Shown: positions 48,193 through 58,485 of the stretch, in pieces | Layout: every line of letters begins with the position of its first letter | How positions within the stretch are numbered: position 1 is the stretch's first letter | Source of the DNA: an uncultured Thermoleophilia bacterium | GTDB taxonomy: Bacteria > Actinomycetota > Thermoleophilia > UBA2241 | Assembly (NCBI GenBank): GCA_963715985.1 | Contig: CAVQSP010000010.1 | Coordinates: 96,001 to 160,000 of the forward strand | DNA length: 64,000 nt | Direction: 5' to 3' | Made by a program: the position numbers and the translations under genes | The notes under the pieces: generated by a model | Databases searched by the model: none | What the model saw: the letters and a program-made list of their open reading frames with translations, nothing else | Told to the model about the DNA's origin: nothing

Positions 48193-48473
48193 ATGAAGCA
48201 ACAGCATCTCGGGGGGGACTTCGACGAGTTCCTGCGGGCAGAGGGCCTCCTTGACGACGCGGAAGCGACGGCAGCGAAGCGGGTGATCGCCTTCCAGATC
48301 GCCGAGGAGATGAGGCGTGCCCGTGTGACCAAGTCGGAGATGGCTACCGCATGAAGACCAGCCGGCCGGCGGTGGATCGCCTGCTCGACCCGAAGAATCG
48401 GTCGGTGACGTTGTCGACGCTGGAGCGCGCTGCCTCGGCGGTCGGCAAGAAGCTCGGGATCGAGCTGATGTGA
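48193..48473 (+). CDS. XRE/HTH antitoxin (frameshift near 48348)
   Basis: HLGGDFDEFL, AKRVIAFQ, MKTSR..DRLLDP..SVTLSTL. Confidence 0.85.
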
Positions 48474-48560
48474 CCACTCCGGTCTGGGCTTGCCTCGCCG
48501 GCGGACCGCTCACCGGCCAGGACTGTTTACTTAGCGCTCACTAATGGTATACTGCTCGCC

Positions 48561-49242
48561 ATGAAAGCCACGACACGCATCAGCAAGGAAGACCGGCGGC
48601 GTGAGATCGTCGAGGCCGCCGTTCGTGAGTTCGCCGTCGGCGGCCTCCGCGGCACGCCGGTGGACGCGATCGCGAAGCAGGTCGGCGTCTCTCAGCCGTA
48701 CCTCTTCCAGCTGTTCGGTACCAAGAAGGCACTCTTCATGGCCGCGGTGCAGCGCACGTTCGAGCGCACCATCGCGGTGTTCCGCACGGCCGCCGCCGAG
48801 GCGGGCGAAGACGCCGGCCCCGACGACATCCTCATGGCGATGGGCACGGCGTACCAGCGCCTGCTCGACGACCGCAGTCTCCTGCTCATGCAGATGCAGG
48901 CGTACGCGGCCTGCGCAGGACCAGGAGATCCGCGACCTCGTGCGCGAGGAGATGCTGCGCCTCGTGGGCTTCGTGCAGTCGGCCTCAGGCGCGCAGGAGA
49001 CAGCCGTGCGCGAGTGGCTCGCCTACGGCATGCTGATGAACGTGGTCGCCGCGATGGATCTCACCGACGTGGACGCCGACTGGGCCCGCATGATGTGCCC
49101 CGTCACCGGCACCGCGCTGGCAGCCATGGCGGTAGACGCCGTCGGCAAGGAGGACGCGCACGAAGTAGACACGGGCCGGGCGTTCGGCTCGCAGGCCGGA
49201 CCCGGCCTCTCTTTTGGTCGTCAGGAAGTAAGCGAGTACTAA
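48561..49242 (+). CDS. TetR/AcrR family regulator (frameshift near 48915; 3' end uncertain)
   Basis: GVSQPYLFQLFGTKKALF; TATACT 7 nt before ATG. Confidence 0.88.
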
Positions 49243-49294
49243 GTCACTACAGTGGCTGGGCAACGAGATCGGCCCCACAGGGCCGGCGAGGGAG

Positions 49295-50755
49295 ATGAGA
49301 GAAATGAGTGCACGAGCCGCAACGTTCTGGACCTTCGTGGTCACCAGCGTCGCCATCTTCATGGTGTCGCTGGACAACCTGGTCGTGACCACCGCGCTGC
49401 CGGTGATCAAGGCCGACCTCGGCGCCTCGCTCTCGGGGCTCGAGTGGACGGTGAACGCGTACACCTTGACGTTCGCCGTCTTGCTCCTCACCGGCGCCGC
49501 GCTGGGCGACCGCTTCGGGCGCAAGCGGATGTTCCTTGTGGGTCTTGCGGTCTTCACCGCCGGTTCCGCGGCGGCCGCCCTCGCGCCGAGCATCGAGTGG
49601 CTCATCGCCGCCCGGGCCCTGCAGGGCGTCGGCGGTGCGATCGTCACCCCACTCACCCTGACCATCCTCTCAGGCGCCGTTCCTCCCGCCCGTCGCGGCA
49701 TGGCGCTCGGCATCTGGGGCGGCATCAGCGGCCTGGCCGTCGCGCTCGGCCCGGTGGTCGGCGGCGCCGTCGTCGAAGGCCTCTCCTGGCAGTGGATCTT
49801 CTGGCTCAACGTCCCCATCGGCGTCGTCCTGCTGCCCATCGCCTGGAGGCGGCTGAGCGAGTCCAAGGGCCCCAACCGCTCGCTCGACCTGCCCGGCCTC
49901 GGCCTGGCCAGCGTCGGCCTGCTCGGCATCGTGTGGGGTCTGGTGCGCGGCAACGAGCACGGCTGGACGAGCCTCGGCGTGGCCGGCCCGATCGCCGCCG
50001 GCATAGTGCTGCTCGGAGCTTTCGTCCTCTGGGAGCGCCGCACGCCGGAGCCGATGGTGCCCCTGCGCTTCTTCCGTAGCCGCGCCTTCTCCGCCGCCAA
50101 CATCACGTCCCTGCTTATGAGCTTCGGGATGTTCGGGTCAATCTTCCTGCTGGCGCAGTTCTTCCAGGTGGTGCAGGGGTACTCGCCGCTCGAGGCCGGG
50201 ATCCGCACCCTGCCCTGGACGGCGATGCCCATCATCGTGGCGCCCATCGCCGGACTGATGAGCGATCGCATCGGCGCCCGTCCGCTCATCGTGGCCGGCA
50301 TGGCCCTGATGGCCGTCGGGCTCGCCTGGATGGCGGTGGTCACCTCCCCGACGGTGGCCTACGCGGAGCTCGTCCCCGCCTTCGTCATGGCCGGCGTCGG
50401 CATGAGCCTCTACTTCGCGCCCGTCGCCAACCTGGTCCTGAGCACCGTGCGGCGCAAGGAAGAGGGCAAGGCCAGCGGCGTGAACAACACCATCCGTGAA
50501 GTCGGCGGCGTGTTCGGTGTGGCCGTGCTGGCGAGCGTGTTCAGCGCCGCCGGGAGCTACCTGAGCCCGCAGGCCTTCGTGGACGGGATGATCCCGGCGA
50601 TCTGGGTCGGCGCGGCGGCGGTGGCGCTGGCGGCCGTGTCGGCCGTCGCGATCCCGCCGCGACAGGACGTGGTGCCCGACTCGGTATCGCTGCTCGAACG
50701 CGGTGAGCGCGGGAGCGACGGCGTCCAGGCGTGCGAACCGGAGGCAGCTGCTTGA
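49295..50755 (+). CDS. MFS efflux permease, DHA2 family
   Basis: LDNLVV, GDRFGRKR, WQWIFWLNVPIG. Confidence 0.93.
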   Translation: MREMSARAATFWTFVVTSVAIFMVSLDNLVVTTALPVIKADLGASLSGLEWTVNAYTLTFAVLLLTGAALGDRFGRKRMFLVGLAVFTAGSAAAALAPSIEWLIAARALQGVGGAIVTPLTLTILSGAVPPARRGMALGIWGGISGLAVALGPVVGGAVVEGLSWQWIFWLNVPIGVVLLPIAWRRLSESKGPNRSLDLPGLGLASVGLLGIVWGLVRGNEHGWTSLGVAGPIAAGIVLLGAFVLWERRTPEPMVPLRFFRSRAFSAANITSLLMSFGMFGSIFLLAQFFQVVQGYSPLEAGIRTLPWTAMPIIVAPIAGLMSDRIGARPLIVAGMALMAVGLAWMAVVTSPTVAYAELVPAFVMAGVGMSLYFAPVANLVLSTVRRKEEGKASGVNNTIREVGGVFGVAVLASVFSAAGSYLSPQAFVDGMIPAIWVGAAAVALAAVSAVAIPPRQDVVPDSVSLLERGERGSDGVQACEPEAAA

Positions 50756-50945
50756 GAGACTGACCCACCGGTGCTGCGGCAGCTCACTCCCCCGCTGCCG
50801 CGCCGGCCCGGACGCCCGTGCACCACCGCATGGGCGTCCGGGCCGGACGTCGTTCTCCGGCCGGCCGACGCAGACTCGGCTGCCGTGGGGCGCGGCCCCG
50901 GCGCGGGCGCCCCTGAGCGAGTCCGTCATCCAGGAGGTACTTGAC

Positions 50946-50960
50946 TAAGTCATTGACTTA
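50946..50960. promoter_or_regulatory. Palindromic operator upstream of marR
   Basis: TAAGTCA-T-TGACTTA in an AT-rich tract. Confidence 0.7.
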
Positions 50961-50976
50961 ATCAATGATATCTTGC

Positions 50977-51492
50977 ATGGATGACGCGACGCTGCGAGAC
51001 GATCCTGAGTCGAGCCCGGCCACGTACGACGAAGGTCTGTTCGAGCACGAGGCCGGTGGTCAGTACCTGCACCTGATGCGCGAGGTGCTGCTCACGTTCC
51101 GGCTGCTCGTGCGGCGGTTGTCGGAAGAGCTGGGCGTCTCCGGTGCGCAGTTGGCGCTGCTGCGTCAGATGGCGCTGGCGGGCGGCCGGTCGACGACGTC
51201 GGCACTCGCACGTGAGCTGGCCGTGGACCCGGCCGCTGTGACGCGGCTGGTCGCTGGGCTCGAACGCCTCGGGCTTCTCGGCCGCGAGCAGGACGAGCGA
51301 GACGGGCGCCGGCGTCCGGTCGTGCTGACGCCCACCGGACGCCGCCTCGTCGTGGACTTCCACGCGTCCTTGCACGAACGCGAGTCGGCACTCGTGGCGG
51401 AGCTGGATGCGGATTCCGTGGAGACGACGATGCGCGTCCTCCAGACGATCAGAAGCATGCTCGAGTCCGGCGCCTCCGGGCGCCCAGCCTGA
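50977..51492 (+). CDS. MarR family regulator
   Basis: AVTRLVAGLE, DGRRR..LTPTGR. Confidence 0.9.
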   Translation: MDDATLRDDPESSPATYDEGLFEHEAGGQYLHLMREVLLTFRLLVRRLSEELGVSGAQLALLRQMALAGGRSTTSALARELAVDPAAVTRLVAGLERLGLLGREQDERDGRRRPVVLTPTGRRLVVDFHASLHERESALVAELDADSVETTMRVLQTIRSMLESGASGRPA

Positions 51493-51515
51493 GCTCGACC
51501 GAGGAGGCTGTCGTG

Positions 51516-51917
51516 ATGGCCCAAGGCGAACATCGAAGCGCACACCCACGGACGGGGATCCCTCACGCCGCGTCGTCCGGCGCCTGGGACAAGCGCTCCT
51601 TCGTGGCGACAGGAGCCCTGCTCTCCGGCTCTGCACTGCCGCTCACCGGGCTGCTCGATCATCTGGTGGGCGGTCCGTCGGCTGAGGCTGCCGTCGGATG
51701 GTCCATCGTGCACACGTCTCTCGGCGCCTTGTTCGCCGCGTTCTGCGTGTGGCACGTCCTCCTGAACCGCAAGGCACTGCTGAGGTATCTGCGTGCGTCG
51801 GCAGCGGGCCATGTGATGCGCGGCCGCGCTGCCCCGTCACGTGAGATGGTGGCGGCGATGGCGCTGGTCGGGGGTGTCCTCGCCGCCACCGTCCTTCACG
51901 CCCTGGTCGGGGGGTGA
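51516..51917 (+). CDS. DUF4405-like membrane protein (His-containing)
   Basis: Three TM segments, VH...WHVLLN. Confidence 0.7.
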   Translation: MAQGEHRSAHPRTGIPHAASSGAWDKRSFVATGALLSGSALPLTGLLDHLVGGPSAEAAVGWSIVHTSLGALFAAFCVWHVLLNRKALLRYLRASAAGHVMRGRAAPSREMVAAMALVGGVLAATVLHALVGG

Positions 51918-52183
51918 TGGCCGTGAAGACGGCGAAGGAACGTGCTCGGCTGCGTCCACCCTCGCACCACCGTCGCGGGGAGACGAAGTTCGTCGCGCTG
52001 GACCGCCGCGCCTGTGAGGCGTGCTGGAAGTGCGTCGACGCGTGCCCCAAGGCTGTGCTCAGACGGGTCGAGGTCGGCCCGCACCGGCACGCGGCCCTGA
52101 GGTCGCCCGACGAGTGCACGGGGTGCCTCGCGTGCGTCAAGGCATGTGAGACCGGCGCGCTCGCGCCCCTCGCCGCCGGGTAG
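51917..52183 (+). CDS. 2x[4Fe-4S] ferredoxin
   Basis: CEACWKCVDACP, CTGCLACVKAC. Confidence 0.88.
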   Translation: MAVKTAKERARLRPPSHHRRGETKFVALDRRACEACWKCVDACPKAVLRRVEVGPHRHAALRSPDECTGCLACVKACETGALAPLAAG

Positions 52184-52252
52184 ATCGCCGCGAGGCGGCG
52201 ATTGGCCACGCCAAGGTGCTTGCGCGTGCACCCATTGGGGCACACTCGGCTC

Positions 52253-53824
52253 ATGACTTCGAACACGACGTCATCCCAGACCCCTGACGCCGCGTCGCAA
52301 GAGCAAGCCGTCGCGACCGGCCCAACCCCAGGCGGCGGCCTGCGCCTGAAGACCGCGGCCGGCAGGTGGGTCATCTTCGCCACGGTGCTGGGTACCGGCA
52401 TCGTGTTTCTGGACGGCACCGTGGTCAACATCGCCCTGCCGACCATCGGCCGGGACTTCGGCGCCAGCCTCGAGACGCTCCAGTGGACGGCCACCGCCTA
52501 CCTGCTCACGCTGTCGGCGCTGATCTTGAGCGGCGGCTCACTGGGCGACCGTCTCGGCCGCCGCCGCATCTTCGTGGTGGGCGCCCTGTGGTTCGCCGCG
52601 GCGTCGCTGCTCTGCGCGCTGGCGCCCACTGCCGGCGTGCTCATCGCGGCGCGCGCCCTGCAGGGTGTCGGCGGCGCGCTGATGACCCCGGGCAGCCTGG
52701 CCATCATCCAGGCCTCGTTTCACCCCGACGATCGTGCGCAGGCCATCGGCCTGTGGTCGGGGCTGAGCGGCGTGGCGCTCGCCATCGGGCCCTTCCTCGG
52801 CGGATGGCTCATCCAGGCGGCGTCGTGGCGCCTGATCTTCCTCATCAATGTGCCGCCGATCGCAGCGGTGGTCTGGGTCGCGCGGCGGCACGTGCCGGAG
52901 ACGCGCGACCCGAACGCCACCGGGCGGATCGACGTGGCCGGATCCGCCCTCGCCGCGCTCGGCTTGGGCGGGCTGATCTACGGGCTCATCGCCGGTCCGA
53001 ACGCCGGCTGGACTTCGCCGGCCGTCCTCGCTGCCCTGATCGGCAGCGTCGTCGTACTGGCCGCGTTCATCGTCCTCGAACTGCGGCGCCCGGACCCGAT
53101 GCTGCCGCTCAGCATGTTCCGGGTGCGGCAGTTCTCCGGCGCCAACCTCACGACGTTCGCCGTGTACGGCGCGCTGGGCGGCGCCCTCTTCCTCGTCCCT
53201 CTGCAGCTGCAGCAGGTGCTCGGCTACTCGCCCCTGGCGTCTGGGGTGGCGCTGCTGCCCGTCACCATCGTCATGCTGCTGCTCTCCGGCCGGGCCGGGA
53301 AGCTGTCTCAGCGGATAGGGCCACGCCTGCCCATGACGGTCGGGCCGATCGTGGCCGGGGCCGGCCTCGCGCTGCTCTCGCGCGTGGGCCCCGGCGCCAC
53401 TTACATGGGCGCGTTCCTGCCCGCCATCATGGTCTTCGCATTCGGCCTGGTGCTCACCGTCGCGCCCCTGACCGCGGCAGTGCTCTCCGCCGCCCCCTCG
53501 GCGCACGCCGGCGTCGCCTCGGCGGTCAACAACGCCGTGGCGCGCGCCGCCGGGCTGATCGCCGTGGCGGCGCTGCCGGCCGCCGCGGGCATCACCGCAT
53601 CGAGCTACACCGACCCGGCGGCCTTCTCCGCCGGCTTCTCCACCGCGGTGCTGATCTCCGGCGGGCTCGCCGCCGTGGGCGGCGTCATCGCGTTCGTCAC
53701 GATCCCGCACCAGGTCGCCGCGCACCGCGGCGGGGCCGTCGAGCCTGCCTCCGCGCCGCCCGAGCCCGCATGCGCGCTCGAGGCACCGCTGCTCACTCCC
53801 GACTGCGCCGGCTGCGAGGCGTGA
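52253..53824 (+). CDS. MFS efflux permease, DHA2 family
   Basis: LDGTVVNIALP, GDRLGRRR, WRLIFLINVP. Confidence 0.93.
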   Translation: MTSNTTSSQTPDAASQEQAVATGPTPGGGLRLKTAAGRWVIFATVLGTGIVFLDGTVVNIALPTIGRDFGASLETLQWTATAYLLTLSALILSGGSLGDRLGRRRIFVVGALWFAAASLLCALAPTAGVLIAARALQGVGGALMTPGSLAIIQASFHPDDRAQAIGLWSGLSGVALAIGPFLGGWLIQAASWRLIFLINVPPIAAVVWVARRHVPETRDPNATGRIDVAGSALAALGLGGLIYGLIAGPNAGWTSPAVLAALIGSVVVLAAFIVLELRRPDPMLPLSMFRVRQFSGANLTTFAVYGALGGALFLVPLQLQQVLGYSPLASGVALLPVTIVMLLLSGRAGKLSQRIGPRLPMTVGPIVAGAGLALLSRVGPGATYMGAFLPAIMVFAFGLVLTVAPLTAAVLSAAPSAHAGVASAVNNAVARAAGLIAVAALPAAAGITASSYTDPAAFSAGFSTAVLISGGLAAVGGVIAFVTIPHQVAAHRGGAVEPASAPPEPACALEAPLLTPDCAGCEA

Positions 53825-54444
53825 GCACCGCCGTCGGCATCCTGCTCTACGACGGCGTCGAGCTCCTCGACCTCGCCGGCCCGTACGAGGTCTTCACCGT
53901 GGCGTCGCGCGTGCGTCTGCTCGCCGATCCGGCCGGCGCTGAGCCCTTCACGACGTTCACTGTGGGCAAAGTGGCTGGCCTCGTGCGCACGCACGCCGGC
54001 CTCCTTGTCGCCGCGCAGCACGGCATCACCGACCACCCCGCCATCGACGTGCTCATCGTCCCCGGCGGCGATGTCGACGACGCCCGTGCGGACGTGGCGC
54101 TCGCTGACTGGATCTCCCGCGTCGCCGCCTCGTCGCAGCTCACCGCGTCGGTGTGCACCGGCGCCTTTCTGCTGGCCGACGCCGGCCTGCTCGACGGGCG
54201 CGCAGCCACCACGCACTGGATGGACGTGGACGACCTTCAGGCGGCCCGCCCTGCGATCCGCGCGCTCAGGGACGTGCGCTGGGTGGACGAGGGGCCGGTC
54301 GTGACCGCGGCCGGCATCTCGGCCGGCGTCGACATGAGCCTGCATCTGGTCGAACGTCTGGCCGGCCGCGAGCTGGCCGTGGAGACGGCTCGCTACATGG
54401 AGTACGTCTGGGACGAGGACCCCAAACGGCCGCACGCGGAGTGA
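53821..54444 (+). CDS. DJ-1/PfpI family protein
   Basis: ELLDLAGP, VPGG, SVCTGA, AGISAGVD. Confidence 0.92.
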   Translation: MSTAVGILLYDGVELLDLAGPYEVFTVASRVRLLADPAGAEPFTTFTVGKVAGLVRTHAGLLVAAQHGITDHPAIDVLIVPGGDVDDARADVALADWISRVAASSQLTASVCTGAFLLADAGLLDGRAATTHWMDVDDLQAARPAIRALRDVRWVDEGPVVTAAGISAGVDMSLHLVERLAGRELAVETARYMEYVWDEDPKRPHAE

Positions 54445-54481
54445 GGCGCCGCCGCCGATCGCGCGACTCGGCGCGGGCCGG

Positions 54482-54901
54482 TCAGTCCGGCAGCGGAGCC
54501 GTGTCCCACTTGGACGGCGCGAACGCCACTCCGGGCTTCGCGCCCACCACGAACATCACGGTGCCGGCCTCGCGCGCCACCACGCCTCTCACGGTGGCCG
54601 GGTCGGGCACGTAGAGGAGCGTCCCGGCCGGGGCGTCGATCTCCGCGCCGTCCACGCGGTAGGTGGCGTGGCCGCTGACGATGAGGAAGAGCTCCTCGTG
54701 GCCCACGCTCGCCTCGTCGTGATCGTGGGTGAGCACGTCGCCGGCCTGGCCGGCACGGGCGATGTTGGTGCCGAACGAGCCGATGCCGAAGTACCGTCGC
54801 ACGGGCTTCCACTCTGTGGTGGGGTGCTCTTCGTCGGGCTCGACGGGCAGGTCATCGATGTGGATCACGCTGTACGCCGCGCGCTGCTGGTCGTCCGTCA
54901 T
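54482..54901 (-). CDS. Cupin-domain protein
   Basis: HDH..GHEELFLIVSG, PAGT; GGAGG RBS. Confidence 0.82.
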   Translation of the reverse strand: MTDDQQRAAYSVIHIDDLPVEPDEEHPTTEWKPVRRYFGIGSFGTNIARAGQAGDVLTHDHDEASVGHEELFLIVSGHATYRVDGAEIDAPAGTLLYVPDPATVRGVVAREAGTVMFVVGAKPGVAFAPSKWDTAPLPD

Positions 54902-55017
54902 GGTGCCTCCAGGAGTCCGGTCACGGGGTACCTCTCCTATCTTGACCGTGGTCAAACGGCAGCTGGCGGGGCTGTCCGCGGGGAATGAGGACTGTGGAAC
55001 ACGGAGAGGAGACCATC

Positions 55018-55570
55018 ATGCCGGCCGGCCCGACAGACGAACTCAAAGAGGAGCACATCCTCGTTCTCATGGTCGTGGAGGCGATGGAGCGGGAGGTGAC
55101 GTCCATCCAGGAGACCGGTCGTGTGCACGCGGACAGGGTCGCGCAGATGATCGACTTCACGAGGAACTTCACCGACGGCTACCACCACTACAAAGAGGAA
55201 CGGGTGCTCTTCCCGGTGCTCGAGGAGCGCAGCCGCGCCGGGGCAGGTCAGGTGAGCGTGCTGCTCAGCGAGCATGACGCAGGACGGGAGTGTGTGAGGG
55301 CTGTCGTCGACAATCTGCCCGAGGGCGAACGAAGACGAGGCGGCGCGCAAGGCGGTGGAAGAGAACCTGGGCCTGTACGCCTTCCTGCTGCGGCTGCACA
55401 TCAACAAGGAGGACACCGTCCTCTTCCCCCTCGCCGACGAGGTGCTCAGCGATCAGGAGTCCGAGATCATGGCCGGGGACTTCGCCCGTGCCGAAGCGGA
55501 GAGCGGCTCCGGCTCCCCCGAGCGCTTCCACGCACTCGCGCACTCGCTGGCGACGCCGCCGCGAGATTGA
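55018..55570 (+). CDS. Hemerythrin/HHE-domain protein (frameshift near 55325)
   Basis: EH, HHYKEERVLFP, EH, HINKEDTVLFP. Confidence 0.87.
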
Positions 55571-55590
55571 ACCGCCGCAGGTGGATCGAC

Positions 55591-55617
55591 GTGAGGTGAG
55601 GCGTGGCCGCACCTCAC
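55591..55617 (+). terminator. Hairpin after the hemerythrin gene
   Basis: GTGAGGTG...CACCTCAC 8-bp stem. Confidence 0.4.
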
Positions 55618-55694
55618 ACCTCCCGGGATGTTTGAGGATGGCGTACGGAGGTACGAGGACGTAACCTGTCCTCAATACCCCCCGGGAGTACCCG

Positions 55695-57368
55695 ATGAGC
55701 GAAGAGCTTTCCTCGACGTCCACCGCCACGGCCGAGGCCGCTCTGGCGGACGCCGAGGAGATGGACCGGGCGACAAACGTGCCCCGCCATCTGACCCTCG
55801 CGCTGGTCGTCATCGCCGCGGCCCAGCTGATGATCGTGCTGGACGCCACGATCGTGAACGTCGCGCTGCCGCACATCCAGCGGGCGCTGGGATTCAGCGG
55901 CACCGGGCTCGAGTGGATCATCACCGCGTACTCTCTGGCCTTCGGCAGCCTGCTGCTGCTCGGCGGCCGGCTGGGCGACATCTACGGCCGCCGCCGCATC
56001 TTCATCATCGGCGTGGTGGTCTTCGCGGTAGCGTCGTTCGTCGGCGGCTTCGCCACCACCGAGTGGTGGCTGCTGGCCTCGCGCGCCGTGCAGGGCGCCG
56101 GCGCGGCGCTCGCCGCTCCGACGGCGCTGGCGCTCATCGCCACGACGTTCCCCATGGGCGCGCCCCGCAACCGGGCCCTCGGCGTGTGGGCCGGCATGGC
56201 CGGCGCCGGCGGCGCCATCGGCCTGCTGCTGGGCGGCATTCTCACCACGTACGTGTCCTGGCGCTGGGTGCTCTTCGTCAACGCGCCCATCGGGCTGACG
56301 GTGGCCATCCTGGCGCCGTTCGCGCTTGTCGGCACGCCGCGGCTGCCGCGCCGCCTGGACATCCCCGGCGTGGTGACCAGCACGGCGGGCCTGGCCTTGC
56401 TGGTGTACGGGCTGACGCACGCCGCTGCCGGCCAGGACGGCGTGTCTCACTGGGCAGACCCCGTCACGCTGGCGGCGCTCGGCGCCGCGGCCGTGCTCCT
56501 CGTCGGCTTCTTCTTCATCGAGCGTCGCGTGCGCGAGCCCGAGCTGCCGCTGCACCTGCTCAAGTCGCGGCGCCGGTCGGGCGCCTACATCATGATGCTC
56601 GTCATCGGCACCGCCATGTTCGCCGTCTTCTTCTTCCTCACGCTCTACGTACAGACGGTGTGGGGGTACAGCGCCGTCAGGGCCGGCGTCGCCTGGCTGC
56701 CGTTCCCCATCAGCCTGATCGCCATCAACATCTTCGTGGCCCGGTATCTGGTGACGCGCGTCGGGGTGCGGCCGCTGCTGCTGGCCGGCCCGCTCTTCGC
56801 CGGGGCCGGCTTCATGCTCCTGTCGCGACTGAGCCCGACCGGCAGCTACTGGACCAATCTGCTCGGTCCCATGCTCGTGCTGGCGCTCGGCATGGGTCTC
56901 ATGTTCGTGCCGCTCACGCTCATGGTGGTCGCCCACGTCCGCCACGACGAGGCCGGCGCCGCCTCGAGCCTGCTCAACATCGGGCAGCAGATCGGAGGCT
57001 CCATCGGCCTCGCCGCCATCGGCACGATCGCCTGGACCTCGGTGGCCAACAGCGTCCGCGACCAGATGGCCACGGCGGCCGCGGCCGGCGCCACGGCGGC
57101 GGGAGGCGCGGCCCCCGCCGCCGGCTCGGCTGCCCAGGGCGCCGCGTCCTTGCCGCAGGCGGTGCTCTTCCACGGCCTTACCGTGGGCTTCTCCACCGGG
57201 CTCGTGATCGCCGGCTGTGTCGCGTTCAGCGGCTTCTTCGTCGCCCTTGTGGCGACGCGGACGCCGGGCCGCTGGCGTCTGTCCTCGGCCCGGTACGACG
57301 TCACTCCGCCGTGCGACGAAGTGCTCGGCACGTGCCTCGCCGAGGTGGCGCTGGAGCCGCAGGCCTGA
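55695..57368 (+). CDS. MFS efflux permease, DHA2 family
   Basis: LDATIVNVALP, GDIYGRRR, WRWVLFVNAPIG. Confidence 0.93.
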   Translation: MSEELSSTSTATAEAALADAEEMDRATNVPRHLTLALVVIAAAQLMIVLDATIVNVALPHIQRALGFSGTGLEWIITAYSLAFGSLLLLGGRLGDIYGRRRIFIIGVVVFAVASFVGGFATTEWWLLASRAVQGAGAALAAPTALALIATTFPMGAPRNRALGVWAGMAGAGGAIGLLLGGILTTYVSWRWVLFVNAPIGLTVAILAPFALVGTPRLPRRLDIPGVVTSTAGLALLVYGLTHAAAGQDGVSHWADPVTLAALGAAAVLLVGFFFIERRVREPELPLHLLKSRRRSGAYIMMLVIGTAMFAVFFFLTLYVQTVWGYSAVRAGVAWLPFPISLIAINIFVARYLVTRVGVRPLLLAGPLFAGAGFMLLSRLSPTGSYWTNLLGPMLVLALGMGLMFVPLTLMVVAHVRHDEAGAASSLLNIGQQIGGSIGLAAIGTIAWTSVANSVRDQMATAAAAGATAAGGAAPAAGSAAQGAASLPQAVLFHGLTVGFSTGLVIAGCVAFSGFFVALVATRTPGRWRLSSARYDVTPPCDEVLGTCLAEVALEPQA

Positions 57369-57528
57369 CCGAGCCGCTCTATCTGGACGATCTCGCCGCC
57401 GCCGGGCGAGCGAGGCCGAGGCGAGATAACAGGACTGTATTGAGTCCGGTATTGGGCACAGACCACGGTATGCAAGTGCCGTGGCCACGACCTCCTCAAG
57501 GCCGCGGCGGAGGCGGGAGGAGGACACC

Positions 57529-58485
57529 GTGAAGATCTTCGTAGCCGGCGCCACAGGTGTGGTGGGCCGCCGGCTTGTGCCTCTGTTGGCGGAGGCCGGC
57601 CACGACGTGGTGGGCCTGAGCCGGAGCGAGAACGGGACGGCCGACCTTGCGGCGCGAGGAGTGCGCGGCGTGGTGGGCGACGTGCTCGACCACGAGCGCA
57701 TGCTGGAGCTGCTCGACGACGAACGGCCGGACGCCGTGGTGTTCCAGGTCAGCGGGCGGCCGCGGATGCTCGGCCCCGGGCGCACACAGGCCCAGTTCGC
57801 GCGCAGCGTGCTGGTGCGTACGGTCGGTGCCCGCAATGTGGCGGAGGCGGCGCGTGCCGCAGGCACGCGCCGCATGATCGCGCAGAGCTACGCGCACATC
57901 TACGCGCCGCAGACGGGCTGGGTGAAGCAGGAGAGCGACCCCCTCGACCTGGATGAGGACGTTCCCTCAGGACGCCGTCGCAACGTGGAGGCCGTGGTCG
58001 CTCTGGAGAGGGCCGTCCGGGAGACGCCGGGCCTGGAAGGCGTCGCCCTCCGGTATGGCACGCTCTACGGACCCGGTACGACGTTCGCGGGCGGCGGCTC
58101 GCTGGCGGGGCAGGTGCGGATCCGCCACTACCCGATCGTGGGCGGCGGGACTGGCTGGACGTCGTTCCTCCACGTCGACGACGCCGCACAGGCGGCCGCG
58201 CTCGCTCTCGATGGCCCGCCCGGCACCTACAACATCTGCGACGACGAGCCGGCAGCGATGCACGTGTGGCTGCCGCGCTATGCCGCAGCGCTCGGGGCGC
58301 CGCCGCCTCGATCCGTACCGGCGCTGGCCGTGCGCGCGTTGGGCCGCGAGCACTTCGCGTTCCGCTCCACCGAGCAGCGCGCCGCCGACAACCGCTGGGC
58401 GCGCGCGCATCTGGGTTTCGCTCCGACGTATCGCACGTGGCGCGAAGGCTTCGCCGCCGATTTGGCGCGGGAGGCCGCCGCGTGA
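57529..58485 (+). CDS. NAD-dependent epimerase/dehydratase family protein
   Basis: GATGVVG, LRYGTLYGPG, HVDDAA. Confidence 0.9.
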   Translation: MKIFVAGATGVVGRRLVPLLAEAGHDVVGLSRSENGTADLAARGVRGVVGDVLDHERMLELLDDERPDAVVFQVSGRPRMLGPGRTQAQFARSVLVRTVGARNVAEAARAAGTRRMIAQSYAHIYAPQTGWVKQESDPLDLDEDVPSGRRRNVEAVVALERAVRETPGLEGVALRYGTLYGPGTTFAGGGSLAGQVRIRHYPIVGGGTGWTSFLHVDDAAQAAALALDGPPGTYNICDDEPAAMHVWLPRYAAALGAPPPRSVPALAVRALGREHFAFRSTEQRAADNRWARAHLGFAPTYRTWREGFAADLAREAAA

